Origin: a virus
Lineage: Duplodnaviria > Heunggongvirae > Uroviricota > Caudoviricetes
DNA length: 35,292 bases
Strand: one strand, 5' to 3'
IMG/VR virus record: IMGVR_UViG_2802429231_000009
The notes beneath the pieces were generated by a model. It did no database searches, had not been told where the DNA came from, and saw only the letters and a program-made list of their open reading frames with translations. This document shows positions 9,639-18,891 of the stretch, in pieces (the stretch's first letter is position 1; the number at the start of each line of letters is the position of its first letter). The position numbers were made by a program, and so were the translations under genes.

Positions 9639-10028
9639 ATGAAACTAAGATTACGGGATAATACTGTTACTCGACTGTTGTTTGTCGATGCTGAAGGGCG
9701 CAAAATCGAATCTGGTTTTGCGCTTCGATTTAAGCCCATTTTTGATGAAAATCCGCGCGAATTTTCAGTATTGTTTGATTTTTATTACATTACTGAGAAT
9801 GATCGGGCATTACGAGTCGAGTTTCAAAGTGTTTTTGAAACAGATAAAGACATTGACGATTCTTTTAAAGAATCGAAGTTTCCAGTTGTTAATGCTCCTG
9901 CGATATCGTTCCCGTTTTTACGTTCGTTTGTTGCCAATTTTTTGATGACAAGTGGGTATACACCGATCCTGCTTCCTAGCTTTAACTTTACAACTTTTGA
10001 ACAGGATATCGGGAAGTTTCCTAACTGA
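9639..10028 (+). CDS. Cargo gene 3: SecB-like chaperone family protein (putative)
   Basis: C-terminal NAPAISFPFLRSFVANFLMTSGYTPILLPSFNF parallels E. coli SecB [32 protein letters not shown] (from memory). 129 aa, translationally coupled to gene 2. Confidence 0.55.
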   Translation: MKLRLRDNTVTRLLFVDAEGRKIESGFALRFKPIFDENPREFSVLFDFYYITENDRALRVEFQSVFETDKDIDDSFKESKFPVVNAPAISFPFLRSFVANFLMTSGYTPILLPSFNFTTFEQDIGKFPN

Positions 10029-10030
10029 GA

Positions 10031-10057
10031 AAAGGGCTATGTTTAGCCCTTTTTTAT
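10031..10057. terminator. Terminator-like hairpin between convergent cargo operon and portal gene
   Basis: AAAGGGCTA-TGTT-TAGCCCTTTTTT with A-run on one side and T-run on the other. Confidence 0.5.
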
Positions 10058-10066
10058 TAAGTTGAT

Positions 10067-11110
10067 TCAATTTTTATCTAAGCTCATGGTGTAAGGCTCG
10101 AAGCGGATCACTTCTTCACCAAGCCAGTCGTTAAGCTCCTGTAGCCTTTTCTGTAGTGGGATAAGTTCGTTGCGAACAAAAACTTTGCTGGCTTTCTCTA
10201 CATCCCCAAAACCCCCAACATTATTCGGCATAATCCCCATCATCTGTGGCGGAACACGATGCGCGGCCATCATGTCATCACGACTCACGTTCTTGATGTT
10301 CAGAAATTCATCTTTCGCTGCGACTTCTGACAACGGGATGATCTGAAGCCCGTCCTTTTTGCCGTTAGGCGAGTACATAAACAGGTTGCGGAAGTTACCC
10401 GGTCCTTTGGCGCTTTTCATCGCGTGGCGGAGGTTGTTCACGTCCTCCTGGTTCTGCGCGGCATCGGTCATGTACATGATGAAGCCAGCATGACTGCCGT
10501 TTATGTAATACTTTCGACGGAACAGCGTGGCGGACTCATTGAGCAGGGCGGACGGAATAGCAGAAAGATAGCCGGGCAGGCCATAGATCTCCTGATTTAT
10601 GTCCGGTTCCATCAGATGGAAAATGCTGCCTTTCGTGAACTGATACGGCTGCGTGGTCATGCCGTATTGCACAAACCAGTAGGTATCCAGGTCTAACCCG
10701 CGTCGGGTGTATTTTGCCAGCGCAGGCTCAAGGGCGATAACTTCACTGAAGCGGTTAGTGCGTTTCTCCAGGTAGGCGTTACCAAATACCAGATAGTCCT
10801 GCACAAAACGCGAAAAAGCCTGCTGGCTGAGCAGCGGGTGAGGGATGTAGGTGCTGGTCAGAATGTTGCACTTCACCGCAATTGGTGAACTGTGATGCAC
10901 GGCAGCGCGGAAGGTGCGCGCCAGTCCGTCAAAGCTGACAGGAGGCTCATACCAGCGATCTGTCTGTACGCATTCCACATAGTCCAGCAGTTCGCGGCGG
11001 TCAAGTACAGGAACGGGATCACCGAAGCTGAATGCTTCGGCTGAAGTCTGGCTTTTATGCTTGAGCTGATTCGTCGCCGCAGCGCGGTTTTTCTTACTCT
11101 TTCCCATCAA
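10067..11110 (-). CDS. Q: Portal protein (P2 gpQ-like)
   Basis: 347 aa, P2-typical size and position, overlapping the terminase ATPase gene stop. Confidence 0.85.
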   Translation of the reverse strand: MMGKSKKNRAAATNQLKHKSQTSAEAFSFGDPVPVLDRRELLDYVECVQTDRWYEPPVSFDGLARTFRAAVHHSSPIAVKCNILTSTYIPHPLLSQQAFSRFVQDYLVFGNAYLEKRTNRFSEVIALEPALAKYTRRGLDLDTYWFVQYGMTTQPYQFTKGSIFHLMEPDINQEIYGLPGYLSAIPSALLNESATLFRRKYYINGSHAGFIMYMTDAAQNQEDVNNLRHAMKSAKGPGNFRNLFMYSPNGKKDGLQIIPLSEVAAKDEFLNIKNVSRDDMMAAHRVPPQMMGIMPNNVGGFGDVEKASKVFVRNELIPLQKRLQELNDWLGEEVIRFEPYTMSLDKN

Positions 11111-12873
11111 AAAATCTCCACAATATTGCTGGTATTGGCGGACTCGCCCTGCAGCGGTTCGTTAAACAGTGCGTGCATCGTTGCCCAGGCCAGATCGGCG
11201 TGGCTGGCTTCTTCGCTGCGGCTGGCTTCATAGGTCGGGCGGTTGCCACTGGCGGTGGTGGCGCGACGGATTGCCATAAATGACTGCGCTATGTCGGTGT
11301 GTCCGGCGTCAAACTCCAGACGACGGTGACTGATAATGTCGTAGGCTTTGAGTACCAGGGCGTTTTTAACGTTAGGGTTGTAGACAAACTCCCGGACGGC
11401 AGGAAAGAACGCTTTCACGTTCTCGTAAACCCCGTGACCGACACCTGTTGAGTCGATGCCGATATAGGTCACGTTGTACTGTTCGGTCAGTTTTTTGATG
11501 GCGTCAGCCTGGGCGCGGAAGTCCATCCCGCGCCACTGGTGACGCTCAAGAATGCGAAACTTACCGCCTGGCACGGCTGGCGGTGCCACCACCACGCATC
11601 CGGCGCTGTCGCCGTTCTGCGTACCTTTTGCCGGGTCATAACCGATCCACACCTCGCGCCAGCCAAACGGGCGCAGGGCCAGTGCATGAAAGTCGGTCCA
11701 GACTTCCCAACTGTCCACCATGCACGCCTGCAGTTCGCTGAGCGGGAACACGGACGCGAGATCGTCCACGAACTCGCACATCAGCAGGTTCTGGTATTCG
11801 TCCGGGCTGTACTCCATGCGTAGCTGGTCGAGGTCGAACAGGTTACAGCCGCCGCGCACCGCATCTTCCACGGTGACTATCTGGCGGTATTGCCCGTCTG
11901 CGCACAGCAGGCCGGGGGCCAGATTGCTGTGGGACAGGTCGATGTCCACCTTGTCGGCTTTGTTGCGTCCACGGTTGAACAGCGCACCGGACCAGAACGG
12001 ATAAGCACTGTGGGTCAGGCTGGATGGCGTGGAAAAATAGGTTTGTCGCCATTTTTTGTGAATAGCCATACCGGAAGCCACTTTACGCAGCTCCTGAAAT
12101 TTCGGTATCCAGAAATATTCATCCAGATACAGGTTGCCGTGATAACTCTGGGCAGTGCGGGCATTGGTGCCGAGGAAGTAAAGCGTGGCACCGTTAGGAA
12201 GCACCATCGGATCACCTTTCAGCTCCACCTCCACTTCTTTGGCGAAGTCGATGATGTACTGCTTAAAGACGTGGGCCTGTGCCTTGCTGGCGGAAAGGAA
12301 AATCTGGTTACGTCCGGTCAGCAGGGCGTCAATCAGGGCTTCACGGGCAAAATAGAAGGTTGCGCCGATCTGGCGTGACTTCAGCAGGTTGCGGATGCGG
12401 TTGGTTTTTCCGGCTTCCCACCAGTGGCGCTGGTAGTTGAACATGGAGGAATGGAAGATTTCTTCCAGCTTCTCAATCTGTTCATCGGTGAAAACATTCT
12501 TTTCCGGCTGACGGCGTGGGCCTTTGTTGCGGTTGGCGACGTTAGGGTTTAAGTCGGCTTCGTTGCCGCCATTGTTAAACTTGCCGATCCGCGCGTGGCG
12601 CTCCGACTGGCGCGCCAGCAGGTCAATCTCTTTGAAATCTTTCCCTTCTTTGTGCTCCTTCATAATGAGCTGGCAGTAGCGTGCGGCGGTGGTGAGCTGC
12701 ATCTGATCCAGCGGCCCATAGTCACCCCACTTGTCGCGTTTTTTCCAGCTGTGAACAGTTGCAACTTTCTCGCCCAGCATTTCAGCAATGCGGGCGACGC
12801 GGTATCCCTGAAAGTACAGCAGCATGGCCTGCCGACGGGGATCGAGATCTGCGGGTGTCAGTGTGGTGTTCAT
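11107..12873 (-). CDS. P: Terminase large (ATPase) subunit (P2 gpP-like)
   Basis: 588 aa, divergent from the O-N-M operon as in P2. Confidence 0.85.
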   Translation of the reverse strand: MNTTLTPADLDPRRQAMLLYFQGYRVARIAEMLGEKVATVHSWKKRDKWGDYGPLDQMQLTTAARYCQLIMKEHKEGKDFKEIDLLARQSERHARIGKFNNGGNEADLNPNVANRNKGPRRQPEKNVFTDEQIEKLEEIFHSSMFNYQRHWWEAGKTNRIRNLLKSRQIGATFYFAREALIDALLTGRNQIFLSASKAQAHVFKQYIIDFAKEVEVELKGDPMVLPNGATLYFLGTNARTAQSYHGNLYLDEYFWIPKFQELRKVASGMAIHKKWRQTYFSTPSSLTHSAYPFWSGALFNRGRNKADKVDIDLSHSNLAPGLLCADGQYRQIVTVEDAVRGGCNLFDLDQLRMEYSPDEYQNLLMCEFVDDLASVFPLSELQACMVDSWEVWTDFHALALRPFGWREVWIGYDPAKGTQNGDSAGCVVVAPPAVPGGKFRILERHQWRGMDFRAQADAIKKLTEQYNVTYIGIDSTGVGHGVYENVKAFFPAVREFVYNPNVKNALVLKAYDIISHRRLEFDAGHTDIAQSFMAIRRATTASGNRPTYEASRSEEASHADLAWATMHALFNEPLQGESANTSNIVEIF

Positions 12874-12919
12874 GGCACAAACCTACAGCCTTGAATGAAG
12901 GCTTTCCCCGCCTGCGGTT

Positions 12920-12937
12920 TGTGTGGTTGTCGGTACA
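12920..12937. promoter_or_regulatory. Ogr-type late promoter activator site (TGT-N12-ACA)
   Basis: TGTGTGGTTGTCGGTACA in the divergent P/O intergenic region. Confidence 0.5.
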
Positions 12938-13015
12938 AATACCGCGCATTGTTTCACTGCCCCCATCACCGCAACCATAAGGCTCCAGTAAGTTTTTTCT
13001 AACGGAGCACGGCTC

Positions 13016-13849
13016 ATGACAGTGAAAGCAAAGCGTTTTCGCATCGGGGTGGAAGGTGCCACCACCGACGGACGCGAAATCCAGCGTGAATGGCTGGAAC
13101 AGATGGCAGCCAGCTACAACCCGGCGGTGTATACCGCGCTGATTAACCTTGAGCACATCAAGTCTTATCTGCCGGACAGCACCTTTAACCGCTACGGCAA
13201 GGTGACGGCGCTGTTTGCTGAAGAAATCACGGAAGGTCCGTTGGCAGGCAAGATGGCGCTGTATGCCGACGTTGAGCCAACGGAATCCCTGGTGGAACTG
13301 GTGAAAAAAGGCCAGAAATTATTCACCTCTATGGAAGTCAGCCCGAAGTTTGCTGATACGGGCAAAGCCTACCTGGTCGGCCTGGCTGCCACTGATGACC
13401 CTGCCAGTCTGGGCACTGAAATGCTGACATTCAGCGCCAGTGCAGCCCATAACCCGCTGGCAAACCGCAAGCAGAATCCCGCCAATCTCTTTACCGCCGC
13501 AGAGGAAACGGTGATCGAACTGGAAGAAATCCAGGAGGACAAGCCGTCCCTGTTTGCCCGCGTCACGGCACTGTTCACCAAAAAAGAGCAGTCCGACGAT
13601 GCCCGGTTCTCTGATGTGCATAAGGCCGTGGAGTTGGTCGCCACTGAGCAGCAAAACCTGAGCGCACGCACCGAAAAATCCCTGTCTGAGCAGGAAGAAC
13701 ATCTGTCTGAGCTGGAGACTGCCCTGCAGGCACAGCAGACCGCCTTTAACGAACTGGTGAATAAGCTGAGTCATGAAGACAGCCGCCAGGACTACCGCCA
13801 GCGTGCAACAGGCGGTAACGCCCCCGCTGACACTCTGACCAATTGCTGA
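13016..13849 (+). CDS. O: Capsid scaffolding protein (P2 gpO-like)
   Basis: 277 aa; synteny and size. Confidence 0.8.
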   Translation: MTVKAKRFRIGVEGATTDGREIQREWLEQMAASYNPAVYTALINLEHIKSYLPDSTFNRYGKVTALFAEEITEGPLAGKMALYADVEPTESLVELVKKGQKLFTSMEVSPKFADTGKAYLVGLAATDDPASLGTEMLTFSASAAHNPLANRKQNPANLFTAAEETVIELEEIQEDKPSLFARVTALFTKKEQSDDARFSDVHKAVELVATEQQNLSARTEKSLSEQEEHLSELETALQAQQTAFNELVNKLSHEDSRQDYRQRATGGNAPADTLTNC

Positions 13850-13865
13850 TGGAGCACAAAACCCG

Positions 13866-14924
13866 ATGAAGAAGAATACCCGCTTTGCTTTTAACGCTTA
13901 CCTGCAGCAGCTGGCGCGTCTGAACGGTGTGGCCGTTGAAGAACTGTCCAGCAAGTTCACTGTAGAGCCGTCTGTGCAGCAGACGCTGGAAGATCAGATC
14001 CAGCAGTCCGCCGCATTCCTGACGCTGATTAACGTCACGCCAGTGACTGAGCAGTCTGGTCAGTTGCTGGGGCTGGGTGTTGGCAGCACCATTGCCGGAA
14101 CCACTGATACCACAGCTAAAGAGCGTGAGCCTGTCGATCCGACGCTGATGGTCGATGTGGAATATAAATGCGAGCAGACTAACTTTGACACGGTGCTGAC
14201 CTACGCGAAGCTGGACCTGTGGGCGAAGTTTCAGGATTTCCAGGTGCGTATCCGTGACGCCATCGTAAAACGTCAGGCACTGGACCGCATCATGATCGGC
14301 TTTAACGGCGTGAAGCGTGCGAAAACCTCCAACCGTAGCGAAAACCCGCTGCTGCAGGATGTGAACAAAGGCTGGCTGCAGAAAATCCGTGAGGATGCAC
14401 CGGATCACGTCATGGGCAGCAGCACCACGGGCGGTGAAACCACACCGGGTGCAGTGAAAGTCGGGAAAGGTGGCGAATATGCCAACCTGGACGCCGTGGT
14501 GATGGATGCCGTTAACGAGCTTATCGACGTGGTCTATCAGGACGATGACGATCTGGTGGTGATTTGCGGTCGTGAACTGCTGTCTGACAAGTATTTCCCG
14601 CTGGTCAACAAAGAGCAGGAAAACAGTGAAAAACTGGCTGCCGATATGATCATCAGTCAGAAACGCATGGGTGGCCTGCAGGCCGTGCGTGCGCCGTTCT
14701 TCCCGCCGAATGCGCTGCTGATCACCCGTCTGGATAACCTGTCCATCTACTGGCAGGAAGACACCCGCCGCCGTTCAGTTATCGACAACCCGAAACGTGA
14801 CCGGATTGAAAACTTTGAATCCGTTAACGAAGCCTATGTGGTTGAGGACTACCGCTGCGCCGCACTGGTGGAAAACATCCAGATTGGTGATTTCAGCGCC
14901 GCCGCAGCCGAAACAGGAGCGTAA
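13866..14924 (+). CDS. N: Major capsid protein (P2 gpN-like)
   Basis: 352 aa; synteny and size. Confidence 0.85.
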   Translation: MKKNTRFAFNAYLQQLARLNGVAVEELSSKFTVEPSVQQTLEDQIQQSAAFLTLINVTPVTEQSGQLLGLGVGSTIAGTTDTTAKEREPVDPTLMVDVEYKCEQTNFDTVLTYAKLDLWAKFQDFQVRIRDAIVKRQALDRIMIGFNGVKRAKTSNRSENPLLQDVNKGWLQKIREDAPDHVMGSSTTGGETTPGAVKVGKGGEYANLDAVVMDAVNELIDVVYQDDDDLVVICGRELLSDKYFPLVNKEQENSEKLAADMIISQKRMGGLQAVRAPFFPPNALLITRLDNLSIYWQEDTRRRSVIDNPKRDRIENFESVNEAYVVEDYRCAALVENIQIGDFSAAAAETGA

Positions 14925-14927
14925 TCC

Positions 14928-15578
14928 ATGAGCCTGAGTCCCGCACGGCAGCATCGCCTGCGCGTTCAGGCTGAACAGGCCGCCCGCGAGGGCGGCAGTG
15001 TTCGCCACGCATCGGGCTATGACCTGATGCTGCTGCAACTGGCGGAAGACCGCCGCCGTCTCAAGGGCGTTCAGTCCACGGTCAAAAAAGCGGAAATCAA
15101 GGTGGAGCTGCTGCCGAAGTACGCCGCCTGGGCAGAGGGTGTCCTGGCTGCCGGAGGCGCTCAACAGGATGACGTGCTGATGTACGTGATGCTGTGGCGC
15201 ATTGATGCCGGAGATTATGCCGGAGCGCTGGAGATCGGGCGTCATGCCCTGCGTCATGGCTGGGTGATGCCGCTGGGTAACCGCAACGTGCAGACCGTGC
15301 TGGCAGAGGAAATGGCAGACGCCGCGCAGAGCGCAATGCTTGCCGCCACCGGCTTTGATGCTGATCTGTTGCTGCAGACGCTGGAGCTGACAGACGGTCT
15401 GGATATGCCGGACCAGTCACGGGCGCGTCTGCATAAAGCGATTGGCGTTGTCCTGAGTGAAAGCAATCCGGCGTCCGCCCTTAATCATCTCAACCATGCG
15501 TTACAGCTCGATCCCCGCTGTGGCGTGAAAAAAGACAAACAGCAGCTGGAGCGCAGACTGCGCAATGACAGCCGCTGA
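14928..15578 (+). CDS. M: Terminase small/endonuclease subunit (P2 gpM-like)
   Basis: 216 aa; synteny. Confidence 0.75.
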   Translation: MSLSPARQHRLRVQAEQAAREGGSVRHASGYDLMLLQLAEDRRRLKGVQSTVKKAEIKVELLPKYAAWAEGVLAAGGAQQDDVLMYVMLWRIDAGDYAGALEIGRHALRHGWVMPLGNRNVQTVLAEEMADAAQSAMLAATGFDADLLLQTLELTDGLDMPDQSRARLHKAIGVVLSESNPASALNHLNHALQLDPRCGVKKDKQQLERRLRNDSR

Positions 15579-15673
15579 CAGAACGTGCCCCCGCGCACGG
15601 GCGGCACGGGGTGGCGAAAGGCACAGCCTCATCAAAACCCCGTCCACCGCCCTCTATTTCAGGAGAAAGCAGC

Positions 15674-16138
15674 ATGAAGTTTGTTGCGCCAGAACAGGCA
15701 CCGGAACAGGCGGAAATCATCAGAAATACGCCGTTCTGGCCTGATGTGGACCTGTCGGAGTTTCGCAGTGTCATGCGCACTGACGGCACGGTGACGCAGC
15801 CGCGTTTAAAGCAGGTTGCCCTGTCGGCAATTTCGGAGGTCAACGCAGAGCTGTATGAGTTTCGCAGACGCCAGCAGATGCTGGGGTATGCCTCGCTGGC
15901 AGAGGTTCCGGCGGAACAGCTGGACGGGAAAAGTGAGCGCATTCAGCACTATTTCAACGCGGTTTACTGCTGGGCACGCGCCATGCTCAACGAACGATAC
16001 CAGGACTATGACGCCACGGCATCCGGTGTGAAGCGAGGCGAAGAACTGGCGGAAGCCAGCGGTGATTTGTGGCGTGACGCCCGCTGGGCCATCAGCCGGG
16101 TGCAGGATGCGCCGCACTGCACAGTGGAGCTTATCTGA
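15674..16138 (+). CDS. L: Head completion/stabilisation protein (P2 gpL-like)
   Basis: ATG at 15674 with GGAGAAAG RBS, N-terminus MKFVAPEQ; stop overlaps next start. Confidence 0.75.
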   Translation: MKFVAPEQAPEQAEIIRNTPFWPDVDLSEFRSVMRTDGTVTQPRLKQVALSAISEVNAELYEFRRRQQMLGYASLAEVPAEQLDGKSERIQHYFNAVYCWARAMLNERYQDYDATASGVKRGEELAEASGDLWRDARWAISRVQDAPHCTVELI

Positions 16139-16341
16139 TGAAAGTGCGTGCGTATCAGTATGACACGGTGGACGCGCTTTGCTGGCGTCATTACGGGCGC
16201 ACGCAGGGTGTCACGGAGCAGGTACTGAAGGCAAATCCGGGGCTTGCCGAATACGGCCCCTTTTTACCTCACGGGCTGCAGGTGGAGCTGCCGGACATAC
16301 CGACCACCACCACCGTGCAGACCGTCCAGCTATGGGACTGA
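16138..16341 (+). CDS. X: Tail protein X (P2 gpX-like)
   Basis: 67 aa, same size and position as P2 gpX. Confidence 0.75.
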   Translation: MKVRAYQYDTVDALCWRHYGRTQGVTEQVLKANPGLAEYGPFLPHGLQVELPDIPTTTTVQTVQLWD

Positions 16342-16344
16342 ATT

Positions 16345-16560
16345 ATGACGCTTGAGCGAATCAGCGCCTTTATCACGTATTGCATCGCCGTCGTGCTGGC
16401 CTGGCTGGGCGATTTGTCCATCAAGGATGCCTCAACGCTGGGCGGCCTGATGATTGGTGTGCTGATGCTGGCTATCAACTGGTACTACAAACACAAAGCC
16501 TACCAGCTTCTGCGCGACGGGCAGATCTCGCGGGAGGACTATGAATCCATCAATCGTTAA
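16345..16560 (+). CDS. Holin
   Basis: 71 aa with two hydrophobic helices and a charged C-terminus, directly upstream of the endolysin. Confidence 0.65.
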   Translation: MTLERISAFITYCIAVVLAWLGDLSIKDASTLGGLMIGVLMLAINWYYKHKAYQLLRDGQISREDYESINR

Positions 16561-17053
16561 ACGCTGCCTTGTCGGGGCCGTGCTGGCTATTGCTGCCACG
16601 CTGCCGGGTTTTCAGCAGCTTCACACCTCCGTGGAGGGGCTGAAACTGATTGCCGATTACGAAGGCTGTCGTCTGCAGCCGTATCAGTGCAGCGCGGGTG
16701 TCTGGACCGACGGCATTGGTAATACATCGGGCGTCATTCCCGGCAAAACAATCACGGAACGACAGGCAGCAGAAGGGATGATCTCCAACGTGCTGCGTGT
16801 GGAGCGGGCGCTGGAAAGGTGTGTGAAGCAACAGCCACCACAGAAGGTGTATGACGCTACGGTGTCGTTTGCCTTCAACGTGGGAACGGGCAATGCCTGT
16901 AGTTCCACGCTGGTGAAATTGCTCAATCAGCGGCGCTGGGCGGATGCGTGCCGACAGTTGCCGCGCTGGGTTTATGTAAAAGGTGTGTTTAATCAGGGGC
17001 TGGATAACCGCCGTGCGCGGGAGATGGCCTGGTGTTTACAGGGAGCAAACTGA
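16541..17053 (+). CDS. Endolysin, T4-lysozyme-like with N-terminal SAR-like segment
   Basis: Hydrophobic N-terminus CLVGAVLAIAATLPG, then LKLIADYEGCRLQPYQCSAGVWTDGIGNT resembling the lysozyme E...D...T catalytic region. Confidence 0.75.
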   Translation: MNPSIVKRCLVGAVLAIAATLPGFQQLHTSVEGLKLIADYEGCRLQPYQCSAGVWTDGIGNTSGVIPGKTITERQAAEGMISNVLRVERALERCVKQQPPQKVYDATVSFAFNVGTGNACSSTLVKLLNQRRWADACRQLPRWVYVKGVFNQGLDNRRAREMAWCLQGAN

Positions 17054-17054
17054 A

Positions 17055-17432
17055 ATGAAAAAGAAATTAATCAGCGGACTGTTTCTGATGTTATGGATGG
17101 CGCTGTTAATCGCAGCAATGGTGTATCCGCAGGGGATCTTTCCGGTACTGGCAGCGTCCGGCGTTTGGGTAGCCTGTTTGCTGACATGGGCGGTAATTCC
17201 GGTAGCACTGGCTGCGTTAATTCAGAATGGCCCGCTCTGGCAGGAGTTAAGGGCATCTTTGCTGAAGACAATTACCCGAAAAGAAAATGTATTTATCTGT
17301 TGGGTGATGCGATTGCTGATTGTTGTAAGTCTCGCATGGACGGGGTGGGCTATTACCCTGGTCTTTTATCTGCTGACCGTTATTGCCTTCTGGATCACCC
17401 GTAATCAGATGGCGCAACAGGTAGCAGCATGA
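17055..17432 (+). CDS. Lysis regulatory membrane protein (P2 LysA-like)
   Basis: ATG at 17055; about 125 aa with four predicted hydrophobic helices. Confidence 0.6.
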   Translation: MKKKLISGLFLMLWMALLIAAMVYPQGIFPVLAASGVWVACLLTWAVIPVALAALIQNGPLWQELRASLLKTITRKENVFICWVMRLLIVVSLAWTGWAITLVFYLLTVIAFWITRNQMAQQVAA

Positions 17433-17857
17433 ACCGGTTGCTGCTGGTTGTGCTGGCGTTATTACTGGCGGCGCTGGGCTGGCAGACGTGGCGGCTGGCT
17501 GATGCCAGCCAGACCATCAGCACGCAGGCAAACGAGCTGCAGAGCAAAAGCCAGGCACTGGCAAAGAGCAACAGCCAGCTTATCAGCCTGTCCATTCTGA
17601 CTGAAACCAATAACCGGGAGCAGGCGCGGCTCTATGCCGAAGCAGAACAGACCAGCGCACAGCTGAGACAACGACAACGCCGGATCGAGGAACTGAAACG
17701 TGAGAACGAGGATTTACGCCACTGGGCTGATACTCCTTTGCCTGCTGACATTATCCGGCTGCGGGAACGTCCGGCACTCACCGGAGGTGCAGCTTACCGT
17801 CAGTGGTTGTCCGCGAGTGACGCCGTGTCGGCTGGAGCAGGCAGCACCGCGCACTAA
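17429..17857 (+). CDS. i-spanin (Rz / P2 LysB-like)
   Basis: N-terminal TM helix, then coiled-coil-like Q/E/R-rich region. Confidence 0.7.
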   Translation: MNRLLLVVLALLLAALGWQTWRLADASQTISTQANELQSKSQALAKSNSQLISLSILTETNNREQARLYAEAEQTSAQLRQRQRRIEELKRENEDLRHWADTPLPADIIRLRERPALTGGAAYRQWLSASDAVSAGAGSTAH

Positions 17858-17990
17858 CGGTGATCTGAATGCGTTGCTGGATGAAACGGAGGCCGCCTGG
17901 GCGGTCTGTGCAGACAAAGTGGACATGATTATTGCGTGTCAGGAGCGAAACAGTGAACAAACCACAATCCCTGCGCCACGCCCTCAATAA
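17700..17990 (+). CDS. o-spanin lipoprotein (Rz1 / P2 LysC-like), overlapping the i-spanin gene in another frame
   Basis: GTG start; signal peptide with lipobox LTLSG-C; Pro-rich; begins inside the i-spanin gene and extends beyond it. Confidence 0.65.
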   Translation: MRTRIYATGLILLCLLTLSGCGNVRHSPEVQLTVSGCPRVTPCRLEQAAPRTNGDLNALLDETEAAWAVCADKVDMIIACQERNSEQTTIPAPRPQ

Positions 17991-18384
17991 AGCGGTGCCT
18001 TATGTCCGCAATAACCCGGACAAACTGCATCTGTTTGTGGATAACGGTTCGCTGGTTGCCACGGGGGCCAGCTCCATGTCATGGGAGTACCGCTATACCC
18101 TGAACGTGGTGATAGAGGATTTCAGCGGCGACCAGAATCTGCTGATGGCCCCGGTTTTACTGTGGCTTCGGGATAACCAGCCCGATGCCATCAATAACCC
18201 GGCGTTACGGGAAAAGCTATTCACCTTTGAGGTGGATATTTTGCGCAACGATGTCTGTGATATCAGCCTTAACCTGCAATTGACGGAACGTGTGCTGGTC
18301 AGTACTGACGGCAGTGTGTCGAGCGTTGAAGCTGTAGCAGAACCCGATGAACCTGAAGAAATGTGGACGGTGAAACGTGGCTGA
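17953..18384 (+). CDS. R: Tail completion protein R (P2 gpR-like)
   Basis: GTG at 17953 with AGGAGCG RBS (alternative ATG at 17932); synteny. Confidence 0.7.
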   Translation: MNKPQSLRHALNKAVPYVRNNPDKLHLFVDNGSLVATGASSMSWEYRYTLNVVIEDFSGDQNLLMAPVLLWLRDNQPDAINNPALREKLFTFEVDILRNDVCDISLNLQLTERVLVSTDGSVSSVEAVAEPDEPEEMWTVKRG

Positions 18385-18823
18385 ACTGCAGAAGGTGGAC
18401 GACTGGCTGAGTGCCTTGCTGGCGAATCTGGAACCAGCCACGAGAAGCCGCATGATGCGCCAGCTGGCGCAGGAACTGCGCCGGACACAGCAGCAGAATA
18501 TCAGGATGCAGCGCAATCCAGATGGCAGCAGTTATGAACCGCGCAGGGTAACAGCACGCAGCAAAAAAGGCCGCATCAAACGTCAGATGTTTGCAAAGTT
18601 GCGCACCACAAAATACCTGAAAACTGCCGCCAGCGCCGACTCTGCCAGCGTACAGTTTGAAGGCAAGGTGCAGCGTATTGCCCGTGTTCACCATTACGGC
18701 CTGCGTGATCGCGTCAGTCGCAAAGGACCGGAGGTCCGTTACGCAGAGCGCCGCCTGCTGGGTGTAAATGATGATGTTGAGGCAATGACCCGCGACATGA
18801 TTCTGCAATGGCTGGCGGGGTGA
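18377..18823 (+). CDS. S: Tail completion/virion morphogenesis protein S (P2 gpS-like)
   Basis: GTG start overlapping R stop; 148 aa. Confidence 0.7.
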   Translation: MAELQKVDDWLSALLANLEPATRSRMMRQLAQELRRTQQQNIRMQRNPDGSSYEPRRVTARSKKGRIKRQMFAKLRTTKYLKTAASADSASVQFEGKVQRIARVHHYGLRDRVSRKGPEVRYAERRLLGVNDDVEAMTRDMILQWLAG

Positions 18824-18827
18824 TCTT

Positions 18828-18845
18828 TGTATCAGCACTGATACA
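18828..18845. promoter_or_regulatory. Ogr-type late promoter activator site (TGT-N12-ACA)
   Basis: TGTATCAGCACTGATACA palindrome upstream of the V operon. Confidence 0.55.
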
Positions 18846-18891
18846 AGTTGCAGCACTGCCGCCTTTCTTCCCCTGATGGCAACCTTTCCCT

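Noticed and set aside
13746-14408. 220-aa minus-strand ORF
   Set aside because: Antisense to the scaffold/capsid genes; no RBS.
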